From Azolla caroliniana (taxonomy: Eukaryota; Plantae; Polypodiophyta): a DNA stretch of 64,000 nt. Below are positions 12,881 through 24,167 of the stretch, piece by piece. How positions within the stretch are numbered: the first letter of the stretch is position 1; every line of letters starts with the position of its first letter. The stretch lies in assembly GCA_043228905.1 (NCBI GenBank), contig JBHGNT010000006.1, forward strand, positions 13,826,001-13,890,000, read 5' to 3'. The translations under genes were made by a program, and so were the position numbers. The notes under the pieces are model-generated. The model was not told the origin of the DNA. It was given only the letters and a program-made list of their open reading frames with translations, and ran no database searches.

Positions 12881-15702
12881 TTGAAGACACTACGCAATAA
12901 CGCGTAGATTCCACAACCGCGCACTACGCAATAAGCAGCGAAGAGCCGATCTACCGCGCAAAGCCGCAAAGAAAGCCGCAAGCCGAAGCACAGACTTCAC
13001 AACTACGCACAACGCAAGCTGGAGCACGGATTCCGCAACTCCGCATAAATGCGAGCCGAAGCGAATTTCGGATACCGTCTGAAACCGACCCGACTTGAGC
13101 TTGAGGGGGCATGTTGAGAATCAAGCTTAACTTGGTCTAGTGTGTGAACTCACCTTGAGAGTGAATAGACACTCCAACGGTCAAGAGTCACCACTATGTC
13201 ACCACTTAGTATTCTAGCATTTAGTATGAGTCATAGAATCATATTCTATGACACATAACTTATGAGCTTTCACATTCCCCATGCTCCTTGAGTCTTGTAG
13301 TTAATAAAGAGAGAGGGTGACTATATAAAGCACCCTCCTCCCACTTTGTATGATGTTGAGTCTTTCTCCTTTGTCAATATACTTTTACCTTGCGTATTCC
13401 TTGTCTCTCTCTCTCACTCTCTCTCTCTCTCTCTCTTATACACACACATAACTCATATCTCTTCCGCTTCACAAGAATCCATCTCTTGATTCTTTACAGC
13501 GAGCGTAAATTTTTTGTATTGAAGCTCTACAATATAGTTATGTTTGTGCGACTATCTGTGTTCTAGTGCTCTTGTTGTTTATTCGTGTCGAGTTCGTTTC
13601 TATGTTGAGTCGTATACACAGTGTGTGTAATCGTGTAGGAAGGGTCGGTTGTAGCCGTCCTCTCCATCTCAACAGTCTCCACAATTTAGCTAGCACTAGG
13701 GTCTAGTACATAGTCCTCGGTATTGCGCACTTGTTCATCCTTGAACCTAGATCACCTTGAGCAGAACCCTGAAGGACTGGAGGTGAGGCACCGTGTAACC
13801 TTAACCGGTAACACTTTGGGTATGCCTAGAGATTTGTGACAAGCACAACTGAACACCAAGGGATGGATGTTGCCTAAACCCCAAACTCGGGCAATTGCCC
13901 GACAAGCGGTAGAACTTGCCATGGAAAGTTCACGCCTCGACACCCGCTTACAGGATATCGCCGAGAGCACATTCGAGTCCATTCTCACCGAGTAGAGCAC
14001 AATTGGTTAGAAGATCCTCTCCCCACTTCACCCGGATAGTGAAAACACCAGTCAGACAAACCCCTCACCACACCTGACTGAGCCTGCTTATGACAGCTTC
14101 AGATGATATACGTACACCACTACGGCCTTCTCTTATCCCCAGTACAGTGGTAAACCCGATGTGGAGGCTTACGCTCGAGCCTTCCTCAACATCTGGAACA
14201 TGAACCATTTGTCGCAAAGACTTCCGGAGGCCGAAGCTAACACCTCTAAAATCGCCAAGTTCGAGCTTACTCTCGACAGACGAGGAGCATGATGGTACTC
14301 ACACTTTGATCTCTCAACTTTTACGAACTTTGATAAGCTTCGTACAAAGTTTCTTCGATTATTTCACTAGAGTGTCCCGCAACGAGAAATCATCAGTCAG
14401 TTCTCTTCTATCTGACAGTTGTCTTCTATCATTCGGTTCCAGAACCTGAGAAGCTAGCTTATGGAGACGCCTACCAAGGATGAGGCTAAAGAAACATTCC
14501 TTGACACCTTACGCCGACCCATGCAAATGATGTTAGGCATGCCCAACTTTACGGGCTAGACCGTGGATATGGTTATGGACCGAGTTCTTTGGTTGGAGCG
14601 AGAGGACACAGACGAAGGTATGTCCATGAGATCCTTACAACTAGCGCTACCACGAGACGATGAATATCGGTTCAAGCAGACCATTCAATGTACAATTTGT
14701 CTTAATTCCAAACATTCGGCGATCAACTGCAACATGCGTGCTCATGATCTATTTGCCATTCTCGAGCGCTCATCGTCAACCAATGCAAATACAACCTATT
14801 GAATCAGTCCTCAGCACCAATTCCGGCAAATCGAGCCCTAGTGGAACAACCAACAACCCAATGACCGATTTCGCCAGGACAAGCGTTATTGGAACACGGA
14901 TCGTTATCGCCATAATGATCAACATGACCATCATAACCAAAACGATGACAAATATTGGGAGGATGACGATCAAGAGGAAGAGGACTATTAGCGGAACGAT
15001 CGGTATAACGACCACAGAGGATGACATTACGTGAATCAGCGCTCCACCAATAATCGAGTCGGGCAAGCCGAACCATGATCGTATGGAGGCAATAGCCACC
15101 TGTGCCTCTAGTGACTCCGTGACGATAGTTTGGAGGACGATCGAAGTCGTTCCTAGAACACTAATCGTCACGATTTGGTGTCACCAACCACCAAAAGAGG
15201 TGAGTAAAGTGTACATTTTTTTATCTGCTAACAACCCGGCCATTACGCGACTCAGTGCCCACGACGCGATAAGGGCAAGGACTGGCCGTGAATACCATCA
15301 TGGCCAAAGTCCAGCAAGTGACAACCCGTAGTAAGTCCAAAGCAGTCGTGTGGGAAGAGCAAGATGAGATACGGAAAGCTACAAACCGTGGACCAAAAAA
15401 ACCAATGAGGTCAACATTAATCGCATGCGTCAGCATGCGGCAGTGGGGGAATAATCCTCCCACATAGAGGACACAACGCCGGGGGAAGATCCAGTATGGG
15501 AGGCCATCGCGGATTGCCAGATCACCTGACAATGAACAAGCTATTAATTCTAGCACACCATAGAGACCCAGATGTGTAACATAGACCGAGCCGAGATCCC
15601 GACCCATTTCGCCGAATCCAGTACAGGGTCGGCTGTGGTAGACCAGCATAATTCGGCTATAAAGGTTCTCCTTCAAGGGCAAGAAATATCAGGGTGCATA
15701 GT

Positions 15703-18700
15703 TGTAAAGAGTAACGTGCGAAAGCAAGTAGGAAGACCGAACAGAAGGAAGAAAAACTCAGGTTTAATGGAGAGCTTGAGCTTACGCAGTATACGCGGGA
15801 GAGACAGAGAGAGTGAGAGAGGAAAAACAAGAACTATATTCAACAGCAGTACAAAATCTCTATTCACCACACTCTATTCATATGTGTGTTCAATGAAAAC
15901 TTTTATACAAGTCCTAGAAGGACTGACCGAAGTACTGACAGTACTTCAATGCTCATTAAGAGCTCCTACACTAACTCCCAAATATATTCCCGGTTTACGC
16001 ACCGATCCGGCCCTACCTACGCACCGGTCTGCGTACCGGTTTACGCATTCGGCCTAACTGATCGGTCCCAACCGATCCGGTCCTCGGCTTCTTCAGCCGA
16101 TCCGACCGATGTTGAGCTTGTCTCTCAACACTCCCCCTCAAGCTCAACTTGAGGCTCTTCGAGGTCTTTGGGCTCACAGCTCTAGTTCCTCCTGGCTTCA
16201 CGTCTCGCTCGCGCTCCACGACCTGTTTGACTCCGCGCGCTTCGACCCTTCCAGTCGGCTTGTCTGCTCATGTGGCCCTTATCAGCTCTTCTGCTGTTGC
16301 GGTGTTGACGGTTCTCCTCCTGCCTTTTCTTCCGCTTGGGCCTCAGTTGATTCAGCGTGTTTGAATCAAACATCCGAACCGACTCGGCTACCTCCGATCG
16401 GTTTTCGCTCTCGTCCGAGTTGGTTGTCTCCAACTTGTCTTCGGTCTTCTCACCCTCGATGGTGTCATCTTCCCCATGCGTGGTTGGCTTTGGCTCTCTC
16501 CTTCGGCTGCTCCCCTTCTGTCCGCTTCCGGACTTTTCTGCGGGTCCGCTCTCGGCTTCTTCAGCCGATCCGAAGTCGTACTCGACAACCGACCCGGTGT
16601 CACGGTCTCCACTCCTTTCCTGCTGCCTTGCTTGGTCGTTCGGGACTGTTTCTCCCCCTCAAGTTCGGCACGTCGAGGTGACGCAATCTGAGCGCACCTG
16701 AGAATTGCCGCAACTTGTCCAGACCAAGAGGCTTGGTGAAGATGTCGACAGTCTGCCGATCCGTCGAAACGTACTGAAGTTCGACTTCACCGGAAAGAAC
16801 ACGCTCATGGACGAAATGGTAGTGCACCTCAATGTGCTTGGTCCGTGCGTGGAAAACGGGGTTTTTTGCGAGCTGGATGCTGCTGAGGTTGTCGTAGTAG
16901 ATCGTCATCGGATCTGACACCTCCTCTTGCAGGTCCCTAAGTAGCCGTTTCAACCATATGGCTTCGCATGTCGCGACAGCCGCTCCTCGGTACTCAGCTT
17001 TGGTGCTCGACAGTGCAACTGTCGGCTGCTTCTTACTGCTCCATGCGATTGCGGCACTCCCGAGGGAGAGCGCATATCCGGACGTGGATCAGCGATCGGT
17101 AGCGTTGCCAGCCGAATCAGCATCGGTGTAGCCGACTAACTACGCGGCTGCACCGGTCCGATATAGCAGTCCCCGGTCCTTAGTGTCGTTGACATACCGA
17201 AGTATGCGTTGCGCACACTGGAGGTGCTCCTTGGTAGGTCGCGCCATGAACTGACTGATCACTCCGACCGGATAACTGAGGTCGGGTCGGGTGATGGTCA
17301 AGTATATGAGGCTTCCGACAATTTGTCGGAACCTCGTCGGGTCGCATACCTTTCCCGTATCGGGACGAAGCTTGATGGTTCTGTCCAGAGGAGTCGAGAC
17401 GGACTTACAGTCGGCCATCCCGAATTTGAAGAGCATACTCAGCACGTAATGACGTTGGCTGATCAATATGCCTTCGGGGGTACGGATCACTTCGATCCCG
17501 AGGAAGTAATGAAGGTCCCCCAGATCCTTCATGTCGAACGATGCCGCAAGCTGGAGCTTCACGAGGTCGATTTCACCTAGGTCGGCGTTGGTGATGACCA
17601 AGTCATCAACATATAGTAAAATACTAACCGGTCCTAGTCGACCTTTCCGGATGAACAGGGAAGAGTCCTATTTTGACGTGACGAAGCCCATCCGACGCAG
17701 TCGTTGCGTGATCTTCGCGTTCCAGGCACGCGGGGCTTGCTTTAGTCCGTAAAGGGACTTCTTCAGTCGGCATACTGCCGAGGAGTTCGTTCCAGAGTGA
17801 AATCCGGGGGGTTGTACCATGTACACCTGTTCCTCAAGGTCACCTTGCAGGAACGCATTCTTTACATCCATCTGATGTAAGTGCCACCCCTTCACCGTAG
17901 CTACTGCGAGCAAAACACAGACGATCGTCATTTTCGCGACCGGCGCAAACGTCTCATCGTAGTCGATGCCGGTGTTTCTGCACGTAACCTTTTGGCACTA
18001 ACCGGGCCTTGTATCAGTTGACCGAGCCGTCGGTGTTGTACTTGACCTTGTACACCCACCTATATCCGATCGGCTTCACACCCTTTGGTGCGTCAAACAG
18101 ATCCCAGGTCTCATTTTCTGCCAATGCGTGCATCTCTTCCTCCATCGCGGCGTGCCAATTCGCGTCCTTCTCCGCTTCTGTGTAGCTCTCCGGCTCACGC
18201 ACTTCCGCTATACGGGTCATGTAGGCATAGTGATGCGCCATGTACTCGTTGTATCCGAACCGTAAAACAGGATTCATCTGGCAGGTAGATTGACGTAATC
18301 TCACATTAGCCGATGTCGAGGCCTTCTCGGTCGACGTGGACTTCACCTTTAAAGACCCGTTACCAGTTCCCTCGGAGTCGGACTCACGTCGGTCTGACTC
18401 GTTCCTATCCATGCCAGAATCCGACACGTTCTTCTTCCCTTTCTCTTTGCGCGTAAGCCGTCTACTCGGCTTCCTGCGCGGGGAATGCACAGCTGAGTCT
18501 CCACTACTCGCCGGCTCTTCATTGGACTGATCGTACCGACTCACTCGTCCAATCGGTCCAGTTAAACGGAGTGAAATCGGACTCTCTTCGTGGGTCTCGA
18601 TTTCAGGCTCATCCGAAGGCATCTCGGCCTCGCTGAACTCATAGTCAGAACTCGGATTGGAGTTAGGGTTCGGAGTTGGGGGCTGGTACCAGGACGCGGA

Positions 18701-21462
18701 CTCGTCAACCAGAACGTCGCGGCTAACACGCGCTTGTTTGGTGCGATAGTTATAGCACTTATAACCCTTCTACTCGTCCGAGTAACCGACCAAGATGCAT
18801 TTCTCGGCCTTTGTGTCCAGCTTCCTCCTTTTCTCCTTCAGTACATGCACATACGCAATGCTACCGAACACCCTCAAGTGTCGCAAGTTCGGCTTCGTTC
18901 CGAAATATAGCTCATGCGCCGAAACTTTGTCTCCGATCTGGTTCTGGATGTATACCGCGGTCCTTACCGCCTCGGCCTAGTAGAACTTGGGCAAGCTCTT
19001 CTCCTCCAGCATTGCCCATGCCACTTCCACAACTGACCTATTCTTCCTCTCGGCCACGCCGTTCTGCTCTGGCGTGTATCTACAACTGAATTCGCGCCGA
19101 ATTCCCATTTGTTGTAGATAACCGTTGAATTGACCAGAAAAGTACTCTTTCCCGCCATCCGACCGCAGGCACTTGATCTTTCGGCCCGTTTCCGTTTCCA
19201 CGAACCCTTTCAGGTCCCGGAAACAGTCGGAGACTTCGCTCTTCCTCTCAATGAGGTAGATCCACGTGTGCCGCGTGTGGTCGTCGATGAAGGAGATGAA
19301 ATATCGGCTCCCGCCAAGACTAACGTTTTGTGCCGGCCCCCATACATCGGAGTGTATAAGGTTGAGCTTGTTCCGGCTCCGGTTTTGCTTGTTGGGGAAA
19401 GGAAGTCGGTGTTGCTTCCCGAGTTGGTAGGCTTCACAAATTTGTGCCTTTCGGCCACTAAATTTGGGCAATCCGAACACCACTTGTTTCGATTGCAGGT
19501 CTTGAAGTTCGACTCGGATTGCCACAAGTCGATGTCCGACTCGGATTTTTGTCCCTTCGCGAACATTGCAGTGCCGCCGTCAGTGGAATCGAGGATGAAC
19601 ATCTTTCCATCTTTGCGCCCTTGCGCAATCACATGGCCTTCTTCCTCAATGAAGCACCCAAGGTGTGTAAATGGAACCTCCATCCCTTGGTCGAAGATCT
19701 GTCCGACCGAGACCAAGTTCTTCGTGATTGTCGGAACGTGCAGTACGTTCATGAGTTTCCCTTTCTGCTCGACATGGCTAAGGAAAACTTCTCCGACATT
19801 CGCGATCGGATGCGAAGTGTCGTCTCCAGTTGCAACTACTCCAGGTTGTATCGGTTTTTCAAGGTACGAGAACCACTCCTTATGGCTCGTCATGTGGTTT
19901 GACGCGCCGGAGTCTACGTACCACACCTCGTCTGATCTCGGGGTGGTCCATTTCATTGAGTTTTCTTTGTGTCTCGTCACGAAGGAAGACCCTTCTCCGG
20001 CTCTCCCGGAGTCTTCGGCGTAGTGCGATCGCTGCCGATTTCCCTTGTCCATATGTCCGGAGCCGTTTCCGGAACCGGTTCTCTCCGAATCGGCGCGCTT
20101 CTTCCAGCACTCACTTTCCCTGTGGCCTCTCTTGCCATAGTACCAGCACTCCGCGATGGCCTTCCCTTGCCGGTTCCGATCGCTTCGACTCCCCCTGTTT
20201 CTGGAGGGTCCGGAGTTGCTGTCGGCATCACTTCGGTGCCTCCTTCCTTGATCTCGTCGGCCGCCTCCATTGCGCGCCAACTCGCCTTTTCCTCCACGTC
20301 CACGGGGCCTATCTCCCTTCGTGTACAACATTCTACTATCGGTGTGCGTGCTTGTAGACGCACCTGCGTGGTTCTCCTCTACCAGGAGCATTAACTGTAA
20401 GTCAAAAAAGGACGACGTATTCTCCAGGGTACACACAGCCGTTCGGAACGCTCCGAACTTCGACGCCAAACCTCCGAGACAGATCTGGACCATCTTGCTC
20501 TCCTCGATGTTCACATCTATGGAGGTGAGGGAGTCACAGATATCCTTGATCTTCGAGGTATAGTCCACCACCGACAAGTCGCGTTGTCATAGGTTGCTCA
20601 ACTCTTGTCAGAGCTGAAGCTTCCTGGTTGTGGTGCTTGCGGCGAAAATCTTCTTCAGATTTTCCCACGCACCCTTCGGCATCTTTGCATCCCGAACATA
20701 GCTCAATAGTTGTTCGCCCACACACGATGTGAAGCAGTATAATACCCTGCTCGCCGATTGCTCCCACGACGGGAAGTCTCTGTGTGTCGATTCGGGTTCC
20801 GCGTCATTAGCTCCTTCGACATAACTCTAGTAGCCGTGCCCGAGCAGGTAGTGGTGCATCTTGTAGGACCATGATGCTTAGTTGGTTCTTTCGAGTTTCT
20901 CTGTTGGAAGCGAGCTCATCATGCCTCTATCCATCGTTCTTCTTGTTCTTCTTTGTCAAGCTGTGTCGGCTGTAGAGAGGTTCTCAACCCTCGCGCTCTG
21001 ATACCATGTAAAGAGTAACGTGCGAAAGCAAGTAGGAAGACCGAACAGAAGGAAGAAAAACTCAGGTTTAATGGAGAGCTTGAGCTTACGCAGTATACGC
21101 GGGAGAGACAGAGAGAGTGAGAGAGGAAAAACAAGAACTATATTCAACAGCAGTACAAAATCTCTATTCACCACACTCTATTCATATGTGTGTTCAATGA
21201 ACACTTTTATACAAGTCCTAGAAGGACTGACCGAAGTACTGACAGTACTTCAATGCTCATTAAGAGCTCCTACACTAACTCCCAAATATATTCCTCACGG
21301 AATATCTTTCCTAACGGCCTCCCGGTTTATGCACCGATCCGGCCCTACCTACGCACCGGTCTGCGTACCGGTTTACGCATTCGGCCTAACCTATCGGTCC
21401 CAACCGATCCGGTCCTCGGCTTCTTCAGTTGATCCGGCCGATGTTGAGCTTGTCTCTCAACA
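15703..21462 (-). mobile_element. Copia E: near full-length Ty1/copia retrotransposon (degenerate ORF)
   Basis: LTRs at 15703-16130 and 21007-21462, differing by a 28-bp indel. TSD ATAGT at 15698-15702 and 21463-21467. PBS TGGTATCAGAGC and a PPT next to 16131. gag-PR-IN-RT-RH motifs lie on the minus strand at 16600-20920. Confidence 0.95.
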
Positions 21463-22442
21463 ATAGTCGATAGCGGGTCGGGAGTGAATTTCATTAGCAA
21501 GGCCACCTGCAATCGCCTCTACATTACATAGTGGGAATATGCCCATTCTTGCTCCGCATGGTGGATACATAATCCGTCCAACCACTAGGGCTACTCCGCA
21601 AGTTAAAAATCGTAGTAGGAGGTCATACATTCGAGATAGTAGATATCGTAATAGCCCTTGATGCCCTCGGCCCGTACCCCCTCTTGTTAGTGTTATTCCT
21701 TGGAGCTGGACAAGCCCTAACACAAGGTGTCCCGCTAGGACACTTCACCTAAGGGTGATGCAAGTGGGGTAAGCGTAGACCGTGATACAAATGTATTCCT
21801 AACCGGCTACTAATCGGCGTGGTTAATGATCATAATATATGTGTAAGATAAATTCTATTAAGCACAAAATGACAATTAACTAAAGCTTCAAAGATTAAAC
21901 AAGATGTAGAACAACAACACTTTCATTAATAAACTGCTATCTGATTACAATCTAATTGGGTCCTTTTATAGGTCACCAGCTCTAGGTACGAACCGGTGCC
22001 AACCAGCAACCGGCCACGAACTGGTTCGGATCCGGATCGGCATACCGATTCCGGGTCCGTTCGTTCTTTCTCAAAATATAATAATTATAGAGAGTTCTAA
22101 ACTAATTATCCCTTTCCCATTTTGGACTTTATCCGGTTTTTAAGTCTTTACCTGTCAACACATGGCATGCCCATGGGACAGTACCTTGTACGCCGAATCC
22201 CACGGTTCACCCTTCACTCTTCCTCCAAAATGACAGTCTAGAATACTCTGGTCCAAGGGTTCTAAAGCCTCATCGGTTAGCTGCAACCTCGTCGGCTGTT
22301 GCTCCCGCTCCTACTGTTGTTGTTGCTCCGACTCCTCTGGTCTCTCCGGTTCCACTGGTCTCGAGGCTTCTGGTTTTGGTTCTGTTAGTTTGGGCTCCTC
22401 CTTCTCAAGGATGCCGGTGTGTAGATTTTCATCCTACTGCTC

Positions 22443-23670
22443 TTCGAACCATACCTTCTTTTTTTCTAATAAGGCCCGAAGTCCCGCTATGGCCACCTCC
22501 GATTTCTTTGCATCCTCCCGTAATTGGGTGTTGCCATCTTTTGTCCGGATGTGCTGAGCTACCTCCGTAGCGAGTTTCTCTTCAAGAGTTTTTACTGCCT
22601 TCCAGCCGTTAGCCCGTATCTCCTTTTCTCTGTCTGAGGATTGGCGTAGTTCCTCTTGAAGGCGGTCAATTTCTGATTCCGCTAGTTGCAAGACCCTTTA
22701 TCCTTTTGAGGCAATGGCGGTTTGCACCTCTATTTCTTCTTTTGGGGCGTCGATGACGTGGTTCGGTGGCGGGGTTGCGTGTTGCACCGTAATCGCGTGA
22801 GCTTCCAACTCCGCGATGCGTGCATTGGCTTTTTGCATTTCGGCTTGGATCAGTTTAACCTTCTTCCAGACATTCTTATTTTTTATGGCCATCTCCTTGG
22901 CGCCCGTGCTGACCTTTGCTAGTTCCCGATGGACTTCGACTAGGGCCGTGTTTAAGGGGGGTATCTCCATCCCCACTCGGCGTACCCCGGTGTTCCGCTG
23001 TTTGCTGACCCTGGCTAGTCGGTCCTCATCGTCGCTCTCCATTGTTTGTGTTAGGGCGCGCTCGATCATCTAGCGTTCCGCATGCTCTTCGACCATTCGT
23101 TGGGCGGCTTTTACCTGTTGCGTTGCTAGGAACTCCATGAGCTCAAAAGAAGTACCGAATTGCAAGAGGGCGCTGAACTCGTGGGCCGTATCCGGGATAT
23201 CCGGATATGCCAAAACCTCGCTTTCCGCCGTCAATACGGCTTTCCCTCGTTGGGACTGGCTCGTAATAATCGACCGTGGCTCCCGGATGATTTTGAAGGT
23301 GGTATTGGTTTCCGCTACAGCGGAGCCATCACCTTCGGTTGGTGTCTCTGTCGCCATGGGGGCATTTTTTACTAACCCCCACTATCTTTCCTATCCAATC
23401 TACGTCGTTATGGTCTGGGGCTTTCCCGCCGTGTTTCGGTGTCTGGCTCTGGGGCTGCTTCCATGGAACGTGTCAGTTGTTCCTCTTACGCTGTCCGTGT
23501 GTCCGGCTGGTCGGTAGGGGGTGTTGTCCTTGGGTCTGGCTGGGCAGGTTGGGGTTCCTCTTCCCACTCTAGGGCCGATAACTCCGCTAACCTGCGTTTC
23601 GCGGATCGGGGCGGGGGTGTGGGTCAGCTAGGCTGCAGTGCCGGCAGGCCGCGGGGTGGAAATAGTACCG
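22443..23670 (-). repeat. About 1.2-kb direct repeat (copy 1) of the gypsy G accessory ORF; the other copy is at about 33556-34781
   Basis: Near-identical DNA and protein (ETNTTFKII..., LLEKKKVWF.EQ). The copies diverge after AATAGTACCG at 23670 and 34781. Confidence 0.9.
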
Positions 23671-23809
23671 CATCGTTGTCATCTCTGGTGATCGGGCCTG
23701 AGGTTCCTCTTCTTCGATTGTGCCCCGAATTGGCGTCGCGCTGGATTCCTCGTTTGTGCCCGTGTTTCTAGCTTGTGTGATTTGGTGAAATAGCTCCTCC
23801 TGGCTTTCA

Positions 23810-23845
23810 AACACGTTCGCGTTCGCAAGTGGAAGGATCGCGCAT
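23810..23845 (+). repeat. Left terminal inverted repeat
   Basis: AACACGTTCGCGTTCGCAAGTGGAAGGATCGCGCAT. Confidence 0.93.
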
Positions 23846-24167
23846 AAATGGAAGGATAAGGGAAATTTTAGGGGTTTTTCAATGATTTTACAAAACACAT
23901 TGATACCAGTATCATACATGTTCAAACATACTATGAAAAAGGTTAAAAATCCACTATTTTCGTGATTTAGAAGTAACTAAAAAAAGACGAATTTCAAAAA
24001 GATACATTCTCAATTTATATCACAAACTTTACAAGCAATGTTATTTTATAAGAAACGATTTTTTAGAAATCATAAGAATTCAAAACACATGCTTTTATAT
24101 TACTCGATTTGTTACAAGCGGAATGTAGTTACACTTAATAGCCAAATATACATTCATGATCACTCCT

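Larger units (their letters stand above)
7828..13498 (+). mobile_element. Copia D: LTR retrotransposon with internal deletion and internal duplication
   Basis: Near-identical LTRs at 7828-8210 and 13112-13498. TSD GCGAG at 7823-7827 and 13499-13503. PBS TGGTATCGGAGC at 8211 and PPT at about 13100-13110. Confidence 0.95.
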
